The position numbers and the translations under genes were made by a program. From Clostridia bacterium (GTDB lineage Bacteria; Bacillota; Clostridia; Oscillospirales; CAG-272), in assembly GCA_017505745.1 (NCBI GenBank), contig JAFVOP010000031.1:50712-114711 (forward strand): DNA of 64,000 bases, written 5' to 3'. This document shows positions 1 to 9,013 of this stretch, in pieces. The notes under the pieces are model-generated. The model was not told where the DNA came from, searched no databases, and worked only from the letters and a program-made list of their open reading frames with translations. Within the stretch, counting starts at the first letter, position 1. Each line of letters begins with the position of its first letter.

Positions 1-234
1 ACGGGAGCGACGGCAACCGCCATTCGCCAAGCTCTGGACGCCTATCGGGAAAAGACCGGCGCCGAGCTGCCGATCTACACCGATCCCGATTTTACGCGCG
101 CCGTGATGCTGGCGCGGAGCGTAGCAAAACCGGGTGACACGGTGCTCCTGTCCCCCGCATGTACCAGCTTTGACGCGTTCAAAAATTTTGAAGAGCGCGG
201 CGACACGTTCAAGCAGATCGTGCAGTCGTTCTGA
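1..234 (+). CDS. murD: UDP-N-acetylmuramoylalanine--D-glutamate ligase, C-terminal fragment (5' end outside window)
   Basis: Frame +1 is open from nt 1 to TGA at 232-234. It reads ...[35 protein letters not shown], the conserved Mur-ligase/MurD C-terminal motif. Absent from the ORF track because it has no start in the window. Confidence 0.7.
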   Translation, partial: TGATATAIRQALDAYREKTGAELPIYTDPDFTRAVMLARSVAKPGDTVLLSPACTSFDAFKNFEERGDTFKQIVQSF

Positions 235-309
235 ATAAAAAACAAGAAGGAGAAAAAACATGGATCAGAATCCGTATCAATCCTATCAACCTTATGAGCA
301 AGCACCCCC

Positions 310-1254
310 GTGGTCAAAAACGCGGCCTATTACCGCGCCAAGGCAAGAGAGGTGCTCAAGCCTTGCTATTGGTATGCCGTTCTCGCGGCGCTGATCGCAT
401 CGTTTTTGGGCGGTGTTACATCCGGAGTCCCGGTGAATGTCAATTTCAATTTTGGCTCCGGCAATTTCTCGGAAACCAAAGTGCAGCTCGATTCGTTCCT
501 GCACAAGTTTGAGGAGAAGGGCTTTGCGGCCTTTGAAGAGGTGATGCCCTTCCTGATCATTTTTATCAGCATCTTTGCCGTAGCCATGCTGTTTGCGCTT
601 TTGCTGTATCTCTTCGTTGGAGCACCGGTGGCACTTGGGTATCAAAGATACAATTTGCACGTTGTTGACGGAGAAGGAAAAAAGCTGGACGTCCTGTTCC
701 GCTATTTTAAGGTGGGTTACCTGAAATCGGTGGGCGCGCGCCTGCTTTACGATCTGATCCTCGCCGCGTGCGCGTTGCCGCTGGCGGCCGTGAGCGGACT
801 TCTGCTCTGGGGCAACCGCGGCGTGATCATGAGTTTGTTCCGCGGAGACGCAACGCCTTGGGCGTGGGCCTCGCTGGCGTTGATCTCTCTCGTGATCTTC
901 GCCGTATCGCTTCTGACGGCCCTGCTGCAGACCTGGCTGAAATACCGCTATGCGTTTTGCTTTATGATTCTTGCGGAATATCCCGAGCTTTCGGTTTTGG
1001 ATGCCTTCCGCAACTCGGCGTCCCTGATGCGCGGCAAAAAATGGAGATTTTTCTGCCTGCAATTGAGCTTTTTGGGGTGGATCTTGCTTGCGACATTCTG
1101 CACCTGCGGAATCGGTGTGATCTTTCTCACTCCCTATAGGCAAGCGGCAAACGCGGCATTTTATGACGAGATTACCAACCGCACCGCCGCCAAGGAGACC
1201 GAATTCCCCAGCCTCAATCCCGACGATTACAGCCCCGACAACGCGCGGTGGTAA
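310..1254 (+). CDS. DUF975-family integral membrane protein
   Basis: N-terminus YYRAKAREVLKPCYWYAVLAALIASFLGG, several hydrophobic helices, and C-terminal FLTPYRQAANAAFYDEI are typical of DUF975. The GTG start at 310 has no Shine-Dalgarno sequence (see finding on ATG 260). Confidence 0.65.
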   Translation: MVKNAAYYRAKAREVLKPCYWYAVLAALIASFLGGVTSGVPVNVNFNFGSGNFSETKVQLDSFLHKFEEKGFAAFEEVMPFLIIFISIFAVAMLFALLLYLFVGAPVALGYQRYNLHVVDGEGKKLDVLFRYFKVGYLKSVGARLLYDLILAACALPLAAVSGLLLWGNRGVIMSLFRGDATPWAWASLALISLVIFAVSLLTALLQTWLKYRYAFCFMILAEYPELSVLDAFRNSASLMRGKKWRFFCLQLSFLGWILLATFCTCGIGVIFLTPYRQAANAAFYDEITNRTAAKETEFPSLNPDDYSPDNARW

Positions 1255-1343
1255 GTGCGGCGGGGAGCGGGTGTCTCCCCGTAAAATCAAACGGATCCAA
1301 TGCAAAGAATAGAGAACCGAAGAACAAAGAAAGTGAAAGACCT

Positions 1344-2606
1344 ATGACAGTTTCCGAAACCATTCAACGTCTTGCGGCAGAGGCCGAGCTTGCGCTGGCG
1401 CCGCATTTTGCGAGAATCGATCGCATATCCTTTGAGAATACCCAAAAGGTGATGGACGCCTTCCGCGAGCATCGCGTGTCGGACGGCATGTTCCAATCCA
1501 CCAGCGGCTACGGCTACGATGACCGCGGCCGAGACACGCTCGACGAGATCTGGGCCGACGTGATGGGGGCCGAGGCCGCCATTGTGCGCCATAGCATCGT
1601 CAGCGGCACGCACGCGCTTTGCATCGGCCTGTTTGGCATTTTGCGCCCGGGAGACGTGATGTATTCGGTGGCGGGCAAGCCTTACGATACCCTGGAGGAG
1701 GTCATCGGACTCTCGGGCAACGCGGGCGACGGCTCGCTCCGTGATTTCGGTGTCTCCTACGAGCAGACCGAGCTCACCCCCGACGGCAAATTTGATTTTG
1801 CCGCGATCGAAGACAAGCTGCGCGCCCTCGGTGAAAGGGTGAAGATGGTGTTTGTGCAGCGCTCCAAAGGATACCTCAACCGCCGCACGCTCAGCGTGGC
1901 CGAGATCGGAGAGCTGGCGGCCTTTGTCAAGGGCATCCGACCCGACGTCTACGTGGTGGTGGACAACTGCTACGGCGAATTTGTGGAGACGGTGGAGCCC
2001 TGCGCGGTGGGCGCGGATCTGGTGATCGGCTCGCTGATCAAAAATCCGGGCGGCGGCATGGCCGAGACCGGTGGATATCTGGCGGGCAGCAAGCGCGCCG
2101 TAGAGCTGGCAAGCTATCGGCTCACGTCGGTGGGCATTGGCGCCGAGGTGGGAGCAACGATGGGGCAGAACAAATCGCTCTACAAGGGGCTGTTTTACGC
2201 GCCGCATACCACGGCGCAGGCTCTCAAAACCGCGCACCTTGCAGCGTATATTTTTGAAAAGCTGGGATACGAGGTCGAGCCCCGTTGGGACGAGGAGCGT
2301 CACGATATCATTCAGAGCGTGATCACGGGCAGTGAGGAAGGCCTTTGCGCCTTCTGCCGCGGCATTCAGGCGGGCTCTCCCGTGGATGCTTACGTCACTC
2401 CCGAACCCTGGGCAATGCCGGGGTACAGCGACCGCGTGATCATGGCGGCGGGCGCCTTTACCCAAGGCAGCTCGATCGAGCTTTCGGCCGACGGCCCGCT
2501 CCGCCCACCCTACACGGCCTATTTCCAAGGCGGTCTTACCTACGAGAGCGGCAAGATCGGCATTCTTTCCGCCGCTGACAGCGTGCTGCGGGATTGCAAA
2601 TCATGA
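1344..2606 (+). CDS. PLP-dependent Cys/Met-metabolism family protein (YnbB / aluminium-resistance type)
   Basis: Internal ATG at 1344 of track ORF 1248..2606. Sequence ...FQSTSGYGYDDRGRDTLDEIWADVMGAEAAIVRHSIVSGTHAL...SLIKNPGGG resembles the YnbB-like beta-lyase family. Confidence 0.7.
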   Translation: MTVSETIQRLAAEAELALAPHFARIDRISFENTQKVMDAFREHRVSDGMFQSTSGYGYDDRGRDTLDEIWADVMGAEAAIVRHSIVSGTHALCIGLFGILRPGDVMYSVAGKPYDTLEEVIGLSGNAGDGSLRDFGVSYEQTELTPDGKFDFAAIEDKLRALGERVKMVFVQRSKGYLNRRTLSVAEIGELAAFVKGIRPDVYVVVDNCYGEFVETVEPCAVGADLVIGSLIKNPGGGMAETGGYLAGSKRAVELASYRLTSVGIGAEVGATMGQNKSLYKGLFYAPHTTAQALKTAHLAAYIFEKLGYEVEPRWDEERHDIIQSVITGSEEGLCAFCRGIQAGSPVDAYVTPEPWAMPGYSDRVIMAAGAFTQGSSIELSADGPLRPPYTAYFQGGLTYESGKIGILSAADSVLRDCKS

Positions 2607-2615
2607 AACACGAAA

Positions 2616-2647
2616 AGCGCCCGAAAACCAAACGGTTTTCGGGCGCT
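2616..2647. terminator. Bidirectional intrinsic terminator between convergent genes
   Basis: Perfect 14-bp stem AGCGCCCGAAAACC / GGTTTTCGGGCGCT with loop AAAC. An A-run precedes it and T-rich sequence follows. Lies between stops at 2606 (+) and 2655 (-). Confidence 0.8.
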
Positions 2648-2654
2648 GCTTTGT

Positions 2655-3791
2655 TTAGCGGGTCACGGATTCGTCATTGGCCTCCACTGCCAGACGGATG
2701 ATGTCGAGCGAGGCGTTGGGCTTTGCGCAGGCGTCCTGGCTCTCCCGCATGGCGCGGCGGAGCTGGGTATCGCCGGCTAAGCGAAGCCCGTTTTCGATCT
2801 GCTCGCGCTGTGATTTGGCGGGCAGAGAAAGTCCTTTTTCACGGAAGAAATTGAAATTGTAGGTCTCGCATCCGGGGATGGGAGCGGTGTGCACCGTGGG
2901 TGTTTTGCAAACGAGCGCCTCGGTGGAGGTGAGCCCTCCGGGCTTGGTGTAGAGAACGTCACACGCCGCCATGTACGTGGGGATCTCGGTGGTAAACCCG
3001 AGGATGTGCGCGCGGGAATTCCCTTCAAAGTGCTTTTCCAATGCATTGCGCAGGGTATCGTTTTTGCCGCAGATCACAATCAGCTCGGCATCCTTTCCCA
3101 TCGCTTGCTCAAGCTCCTTGGTAAAGGACTGCATATGTCCCGCTCCCATGCTTCCTCCCATGATCAGGTGGATCTTATGGTTGGGATGCAGTTGGAGCGT
3201 GGCGCGTGCCTCCTCCTTGGAGGGAAGATCCAGGAAGCGCAGGCTGACCGGAATGCCGCACGGACGGAGCTTTTCCTTTGGCAGGCCGCGCTTGAGGTAT
3301 TGCTCCTCCATCTCATCGTGCGCCAGGATAAAGTATTTACAGGTGGTCTCCTCCCAAAAGGGGTAGCAGGTATAGTCGGTGGCCACGGCGATCGAGGGCG
3401 GCATGGGGTGCCCCCGGCGTTCCAGGTACGCCACGGCCAGAACCGGGAAAACGTGGGTGGAAAGAATGGCGTCAAAGTGCTCGGCCTGCAAAAGCTCCAA
3501 TAGCTGAGGCGCAACCTTGGAGCAAACCCAGTATACCGGGGAATGCCCACCGTGCAAATGCTTGCTGATCCAAACGCCAAAGTTATATACGAAGCCGAAC
3601 AAATGCGGTGTGTGCTTTGCCATGCGGATGTAGGAGGTGTTGAGCTGATCGCTCACCTTTTTACTGGCAAGCCCGAAGAAATCAACGATGCGGCCGCGGT
3701 GTCCTTCCTTTTCAATTCGTTCCAAAAGAGCCTTTGCCGCGGCGTTGTGACCTTCGCCCGCGGTACAGGAAAGAATCAAAATGTTTTTCAT
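2655..3791 (-). CDS. MGDG-synthase family (GT28) diacylglycerol glycosyltransferase
   Basis: Start moved to ATG 3791 (SD AAAGGGAGAAAGG upstream). N-terminus MKNILILSCTAGEGHNAAAKAL and C-terminal ...LYTKPGGLTSTEAL match the UgtP/MGDG-synthase family. Confidence 0.7.
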   Translation of the reverse strand: MKNILILSCTAGEGHNAAAKALLERIEKEGHRGRIVDFFGLASKKVSDQLNTSYIRMAKHTPHLFGFVYNFGVWISKHLHGGHSPVYWVCSKVAPQLLELLQAEHFDAILSTHVFPVLAVAYLERRGHPMPPSIAVATDYTCYPFWEETTCKYFILAHDEMEEQYLKRGLPKEKLRPCGIPVSLRFLDLPSKEEARATLQLHPNHKIHLIMGGSMGAGHMQSFTKELEQAMGKDAELIVICGKNDTLRNALEKHFEGNSRAHILGFTTEIPTYMAACDVLYTKPGGLTSTEALVCKTPTVHTAPIPGCETYNFNFFREKGLSLPAKSQREQIENGLRLAGDTQLRRAMRESQDACAKPNASLDIIRLAVEANDESVTR

Positions 3792-3822
3792 AACTGTCCT
3801 TTCTCCCTTTCGGGATCGTAGA

Positions 3823-3848
3823 TTTGCATCGATTGGAATCGATGCAAA
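3823..3848 (-). promoter_or_regulatory. Perfect 12-bp inverted repeat in the 5' leader of the GT28 gene (operator or leader hairpin)
   Basis: TTTGCATCGATT-GG-AATCGATGCAAA, located between the promoter at 3875-3903 and the SD/ATG at 3791. Confidence 0.4.
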
Positions 3849-3874
3849 CAGAGGAGGCATCATAAAACAGATAT

Positions 3875-3903
3875 ATTGTACCACAAACCTTGCGATTTGT
3901 CAA
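3875..3903 (-). promoter_or_regulatory. Sigma-A type promoter for the GT28 gene
   Basis: Minus strand reads TTGACA, a 17-nt spacer, then TACAAT. Confidence 0.55.
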
Positions 3904-3970
3904 CTTCTCGAAAAAGAATAGCGGCAACTGCGCCCAAGGGACGGCAATCACCGCTATTTTTTTGCGCAAA

Positions 3971-4147
3971 TTACTTGTACTTGCGCTTTCTGGCTGCTTC
4001 AGACTTCTTCTTGCGCTTCACGCTCGGCTTCTCATAGTGTTCTCTCTTGCGAAGCTCGGTGAGGACGCCGGAACGGGCGGTTGCACGCTTAAAGCGACGA
4101 AGAGCGCTGTCCAGAGACTCGCCTTCCTTAACTCTGATTTCTGCCAT
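3971..4147 (-). CDS. rpsU: 30S ribosomal protein S21
   Basis: [61 protein letters not shown] at 4147 preceded by GGAGGGGAGGG. The track ORF is N-terminally over-extended. Confidence 0.95.
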   Translation of the reverse strand: MAEIRVKEGESLDSALRRFKRATARSGVLTELRKREHYEKPSVKRKKKSEAARKRKYK

Positions 4148-4224
4148 CTTATATCCCTCCCCTCCGCTCGGTAAACAAGAGATAATATGCGGGGAATACT
4201 CCCAAAACAAAATTATCTTTTGGT

Positions 4225-4253
4225 ATTATACACGATTTTTGCCCTTCTGTCAA
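4225..4253 (-). promoter_or_regulatory. Sigma-A type promoter for rpsU
   Basis: Minus strand reads TTGACA, a 17-nt spacer, then TATAAT (full consensus). Confidence 0.6.
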
Positions 4254-4327
4254 GGGCTTTTTTTATTTTTCTCAAATTTTATCGTTTTTTTCAAGGCTCA
4301 CGCAATTTTCAGAAGGACCCGAAGGGG

Positions 4328-5344
4328 TTACTTCTGCGCTTCCAGGTCGGCAAAGATCGCGCGGATCTGTCCGAGCGATTCGCATTTCATCAGCTCGCCT
4401 CTGGCCGCCGCCGCGCCGCGCACACCGTGCAGGTACCACGCCATGTGCTTGCGCGATTCGGCAATGCCCACGCGCTCGCCTTTTTCGGCAACGATCATGG
4501 CGGCGTGCTCCAGGGCCACCTCCAGGCGTTCGCGCAGGGTAGGGGGCGTGTAGGGGAGACCCTCCATCGCGCTTCGGATCTCGGCAAAGATCCAAGGATT
4601 TCCCTGCGCGCCTCGGGCAATCATCACGCCGTCGCATCCCGTTTCTTTTTGCATACGGAGGGCGTCCGCGGCGCAAAAAATATCGCCGTTTCCCACCACG
4701 GGGATCGAGACCGCCTCCTTGACCCTTCGGATGATCTCCCAATCGGCCGAGGGCGCGTACATTTGCTTACGGGTTCTGCCGTGGACGCAGATCATTCCGG
4801 CCCCCGCGTCCTCGAGCCGCTTGGCCATCTCCACGGCGTTGATCGATTGCTCGTCCCAACCCGCGCGGATCTTGACCGTGACAGGCAACCTTACGGCGCG
4901 GCTCATCGCGCGCACGATCTCTGCGGCCAGGGCAGGGTCCTTCATCAGTGCCGCTCCCTCGCCGTTGCCCACAATCTTTGCCATGGGGCAGCCCATGTTG
5001 ACGTCGATCGCCGCCGGGGGGATCTCTCCGCAGGCGCCGCGGTAGGCACCGCTTTCAAGCAGCTGCGCGGCGCGCGCCATAAATGCGGGCTCGGCGCCGA
5101 AGAGCTGGACGGCCATGGGAGCTTCGTTGCGCATCACTGCCGCCAAGGGCGCGGTACGGACGCGCGCGTCGGTAACGGGGCGCTTGCTGTTTTGCTCGTA
5201 GCAAAGCGCCTTTGCCGATACCATTTCGCTGGTGGTGTATTCGGCTCCATAGCGCCTTGCCAGATGGCGGAACGGGCGGTCGCTGACCCCTGCCAAGGGG
5301 GCTAAAAACAGACCGTGGCGAATTTCGGTATCTGCAATCTTCAT
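4328..5344 (-). CDS. dusB: tRNA-dihydrouridine synthase
   Basis: LAPLAGVSDRPFRHLARRYGAEYTTSEMVSAKAL...IDVNMGCP...TVKIRAGWD...VHGRTR are Dus-family motifs. Confidence 0.9.
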   Translation of the reverse strand: MKIADTEIRHGLFLAPLAGVSDRPFRHLARRYGAEYTTSEMVSAKALCYEQNSKRPVTDARVRTAPLAAVMRNEAPMAVQLFGAEPAFMARAAQLLESGAYRGACGEIPPAAIDVNMGCPMAKIVGNGEGAALMKDPALAAEIVRAMSRAVRLPVTVKIRAGWDEQSINAVEMAKRLEDAGAGMICVHGRTRKQMYAPSADWEIIRRVKEAVSIPVVGNGDIFCAADALRMQKETGCDGVMIARGAQGNPWIFAEIRSAMEGLPYTPPTLRERLEVALEHAAMIVAEKGERVGIAESRKHMAWYLHGVRGAAAARGELMKCESLGQIRAIFADLEAQK

Positions 5345-5503
5345 GGCAACGTCCGATCCTTTCTGAAAAATATCGGCATTATTGTATCATATGTTTGCGC
5401 GATTGTCAAGTTTTGTTTCCAAAAACTGTCGGTTTGAAAAAAACATATTTTGCTCGGAAGCGCAAAAAATAACCTTGATTCTTTTTTGGAAAGGACGGCT
5501 CCA

Positions 5504-6967
5504 ATGCTGATATTGTGTGACGATTACCGCGAAAACGTACGCCGTATGGACGGGGCGTTGCGCGTCCGTGAAAATTTTGACCTGATCAAAAAGGTGCTCT
5601 ACGTGGGCTCGCAGGAGATCACGCTTTACTATCTGGACGGCTTTGTGGACGGGGGCTCCATGAACAAGCTGATGATCTACTTCCTCTCGCTGAAAAACCT
5701 GGGCGAGCCACAGTCTCCGGCAGGTGAGGCTGCGGTGCGCTTTTTCGTGGAGCACCATCTCCCTTACGTGGAGGGCGAATACACGAAAAACACCGATCTG
5801 ATGCTGCAAATGGTGCTCTCCGGCACCACCTTGATCCTGGGAGAGACCTTTGGGGAGTACGGCGTGATCGTCGATTCCCGCACCTATCCCGCGCGCTCGG
5901 TGGGAGAGCCCGATACCGACCGCGTGATGCTTGGCTCGCGAGACGGATTTGTGGAGACCCTGGTGTTTAACACCGCCCTGATCCGCCGCCGCATCCGCGA
6001 TCCCCGGCTTACCATGCATTATCTGTCGGTGGGAACGCACAGCAAGACCGATGTGGTGCTGTGCTATCTCGAGGGACAGGCCGATCCCAAGTACGTGGCA
6101 ACGCTGAAGCAGAAGCTGGACTCGATCCGAACGGGGGCGCTCTCAATGGGGCACGAGTCGCTGGCCGAGCTTCTGATCAAGCAACGCTGGTACAACCCCT
6201 TCCCCAAGATCCGCTACACCGAGCGCCCTGACGTTGCGGCGGCGCAGGTGCTGGAGGGGAGCGTTCTGATCCTTTGTGACAACTCTCCCGAGGTGATGGT
6301 GCTTCCCAGTACGATCTTTGATTTTATGCAGGAGACCAACGATTTCTATTTTCCGCCACTCACGGGAACCTATATTCGCATCGTACGGCACATCGTGTTC
6401 TGGGCGACGCTTTTGTTGGTTCCTATCTGGTTTCTGCTGACCAAAAACCCCGCGCTCACACCGCCGTGGCTGACTTTTGCGCTTCCCGAATCCACCGGAA
6501 AGATCCCGATCTTCGTTCAGCTCCTGCTGGTGGAATTTATGATCGACGGGCTCCGCATGGCGTCGATGAACACGCCCGACATGCTGTCCAATTCACTCTC
6601 GGTGGTGGGCGGCCTGATCCTTGGCGACTTCGCCGTGAGCGTTGGCTGGTTGATCCCCGAGGTCATCGTGTATATGGCGTTCGTTTCGATCGCCAACTTC
6701 TCCCAGCGCAGCTACCAGCTGGGTTACGCCTTCAAATTCCTGCGCATCGCGCTCCTGATCCTTATCCAGCTCTTCAATTTCATCGGATTTGCGGTGGGCT
6801 GCGCGGGGATCCTGCTCCTGCTTATCACCAATAAAACCGTCAACGGTAAACGCTCCTATCTCTATCCGCTTCTCCCGTTTCACGGGAAAGCCCTCCTCTC
6901 GCTCTTCGTCCGCCTGCGCAAGGACCGCATCTCGGGCGCCGAACGCGTGCGGGAGGATAGAAAATAA
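5504..6967 (+). CDS. GerA-family spore germination protein (SpoVAF-like)
   Basis: ATG 5504 with GGAAAGGA SD. Sequence ...DSRTYPARSVGEPDTDRVMLGSRDGFVETLVFNTALIRRRI...SKTDVVLCYLEG... plus a C-terminal multi-TM region. Confidence 0.75.
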   Translation: MLILCDDYRENVRRMDGALRVRENFDLIKKVLYVGSQEITLYYLDGFVDGGSMNKLMIYFLSLKNLGEPQSPAGEAAVRFFVEHHLPYVEGEYTKNTDLMLQMVLSGTTLILGETFGEYGVIVDSRTYPARSVGEPDTDRVMLGSRDGFVETLVFNTALIRRRIRDPRLTMHYLSVGTHSKTDVVLCYLEGQADPKYVATLKQKLDSIRTGALSMGHESLAELLIKQRWYNPFPKIRYTERPDVAAAQVLEGSVLILCDNSPEVMVLPSTIFDFMQETNDFYFPPLTGTYIRIVRHIVFWATLLLVPIWFLLTKNPALTPPWLTFALPESTGKIPIFVQLLLVEFMIDGLRMASMNTPDMLSNSLSVVGGLILGDFAVSVGWLIPEVIVYMAFVSIANFSQRSYQLGYAFKFLRIALLILIQLFNFIGFAVGCAGILLLLITNKTVNGKRSYLYPLLPFHGKALLSLFVRLRKDRISGAERVREDRK

Positions 6968-7160
6968 AAAATGGCGGGGAGAGAAACGTTCCTACAACGC
7001 CCCCGCGAGATCCGACCGCCAAGGGCGGTCGCCCTTCGGGCTTCGACCGGTGAGCCGTGAGTGAAACGAACGCGAGCCTTCTCAGAGATGACGCGGAGTG
7101 TTTATGCTGTGCTTCGCCGCGCTCCGCTCAGGATGACACGAGAAGTGTTCGTGCCAACCT

Positions 7161-7303
7161 CAGTTGCCGCTACGGCAATTTGAGCGTTGCTCAAATTGAG
7201 AGCCAAAGCGAATCGCGCTCTAAACCAACCAATTAAGAAAAAAATGTGTGGAAAGTTCTTGAAGGGGGACCGGGGGAAACTTCTTACAAGAAGTTTCCCC
7301 CGG
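7161..7303 (+). repeat. Copy A of a ~145-bp structured intergenic element (core palindromes plus terminal hairpin)
   Basis: Core CAGTTGCCGCTACGGCAATTTGAGCGTTGCTCAAATTGAGAGCCAAAGCGAATCGCGC. Terminal hairpin at 7270-7303. Paralogous copies at 23256-23402 and 54834-54977. Confidence 0.85.
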
Positions 7304-7316
7304 AAAATATTCCGCT

Positions 7317-8039
7317 TTACCCCTCAAAGCGCTTGGCGGCGGCGGTGAGGCTGTAATTTTTGATTCCGATGCGAATGGTTTCCCATTGCTCGGCGGAGCC
7401 GGCGAAGGTGACGCGACAGAGCGTAGCACAGTTGTAAAAGGCCATGTCGCAGATCTCCACGGTTACGCCGCGGATAAGGACTTCTTCTCCCGCACGCTTG
7501 GCGGGGTATTGGATCAGGGTCCGCTCGTCGGCGGTGTAGAGGACGCCGTCGATATCGCAATACGTCGCGTTTTGCGGACTGACCGAGATGTAGAGCAGAT
7601 TGGGGCAATTGGCAAAGGCCAGCTCCCCGATCTGTCGGACCGAGGCAGGGATCTGCACCGCTGTGACCGTGGAAGAGCCGTAAAAGGCGCGCGCATCGAT
7701 CGCCGTTACGCGGTCTCCCGTGGGGGCAAGCTCGGGGATGACCACACAGGCGTCGGCGCAGCTCCCAATGCTCACCAAGCGGCAGGTCCCGTCTCCTCGG
7801 CTGGCGTAGCGAAGTCCGCCGGGAGCCTCGGTATCCTCGGTCTCGCTCTCCGATTCGGTCTCCTCGGGGCGCGTGTCCGATTCGGTTTGTGTAGCCGAGG
7901 GCTCCGAAGCCGTTTCCTTTGGGAGAAACGACGGCTCCTCGCGCAGATGCGACACACAAACCGCCGCCACCGCAAAGGAAAGCGCAATGGCAAACGAAAA
8001 CACAAGCGTCAAAAGCAAGCCTTGGGATTGCGGTCTCAT
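7317..8039 (-). CDS. Membrane-anchored leucine-rich-repeat (BspA-type) surface protein
   Basis: ATG 8039 with AAAGGAG SD. N-terminal TM segment LLLTLVFSFAIALSFAVAAVCV, an acidic Ser/Thr/Glu linker, then LRR units (IPASVRQIGELAFANCPNLLYISV; ICDMAFYNCATLCRVTF). Confidence 0.7.
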   Translation of the reverse strand: MRPQSQGLLLTLVFSFAIALSFAVAAVCVSHLREEPSFLPKETASEPSATQTESDTRPEETESESETEDTEAPGGLRYASRGDGTCRLVSIGSCADACVVIPELAPTGDRVTAIDARAFYGSSTVTAVQIPASVRQIGELAFANCPNLLYISVSPQNATYCDIDGVLYTADERTLIQYPAKRAGEEVLIRGVTVEICDMAFYNCATLCRVTFAGSAEQWETIRIGIKNYSLTAAAKRFEG

Positions 8040-8240
8040 GGGGGTTCTCCTTTCTTTTGTACGTCCTATAAATATCCGATTTTTATTATGCCACGGCTTG
8101 CCTCGCCCGTCAAGCAAAACCGTATCCCGAAAACCGACAAAAAGCCGCCTCCCTCGTCGGATCCCGGCTCCCTTTTTGACCGCGCGCGGCGAAAAAGAAC
8201 AAACCAAAGCGGTTTGTGCGATGAAAATCTGAAAAAAGAC

Positions 8241-8269
8241 TTGCAATCGGAGCGGGACTGTGATACAAT
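8241..8269 (+). promoter_or_regulatory. Sigma-A type promoter of the HprK-like/PqqD/S24 operon
   Basis: TTGCAA, a 17-nt spacer, then TACAAT, 28 nt upstream of ATG 8297. Confidence 0.5.
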
Positions 8270-8296
8270 AAAGAAAATCCAAGAAGGGAGAGCGCT

Positions 8297-8995
8297 ATGT
8301 TTGTCATGGAATTGGCGGGTGTCCGCATGCGAATTGAAAATCGGTTCGAATTTGTGGAAAAGCAGTGCCGCGAGTACGTTTGCGAGGATGGCGAGGTTGC
8401 TTTTTCGGTAGCCGTTACCGAAGAGGAAATTGCCGAGGAGCAAAAAAACGGCGATTTTTCCGCCGCGTACTGTGAGAGCATCTGCGTTTACCGCCATATC
8501 TGCGAGCAGCTGGCTGTACATAACGTTTTTCTGATGCACTCGTCGGTCCTGGAGGTGGACGGATACGCCTACGCCTTTACCGCCAAAAGCGGCGTTGGAA
8601 AATCCACGCATACAAGGCTCTGGCTTAAAAACGTCCCGCGCGCCCGCGTGCTCAACGGCGACAAACCGCTGTACCGCCTGGAGCCCGATGGCTCGGTGAC
8701 GGTGTTTGGCACCCCCTGGAACGGCAAGGAGAACTGGGGCGAAAAGATTTCGGCTCCGCTGGCCGCCGTTTGCTTTCTCGAGCGCGGGGCAGAGAATTCG
8801 ATCCGCCGTGCCGAGGAGTTTGAAGCGGTGGGACGCTTGGCTCACCAGCTCTATTTGCGCGGCGACCGCACGCTGGTCAATCAACAGCTGGCCCTGATGG
8901 ACGGCCTGGTACGCGCCGTTCCCTATTACGTGCTTGCCTGCACCATTTCGGACGAGGCGGCACTTCTCGCGTGGGAGACCATGCGCAAATCTTAA
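8297..8995 (+). CDS. HPr-kinase-related P-loop protein (HprK C-terminal-domain-like)
   Basis: Walker-A-like AFTAKSGVGKSTHTRLWL followed by VLNGDKP...FGTPWNGKE, resembling HprK-related kinases found next to PqqD-like genes. Confidence 0.6.
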   Translation: MFVMELAGVRMRIENRFEFVEKQCREYVCEDGEVAFSVAVTEEEIAEEQKNGDFSAAYCESICVYRHICEQLAVHNVFLMHSSVLEVDGYAYAFTAKSGVGKSTHTRLWLKNVPRARVLNGDKPLYRLEPDGSVTVFGTPWNGKENWGEKISAPLAAVCFLERGAENSIRRAEEFEAVGRLAHQLYLRGDRTLVNQQLALMDGLVRAVPYYVLACTISDEAALLAWETMRKS

Positions 8996-9013
8996 TGTAA
9001 GGAGAAAATCATT

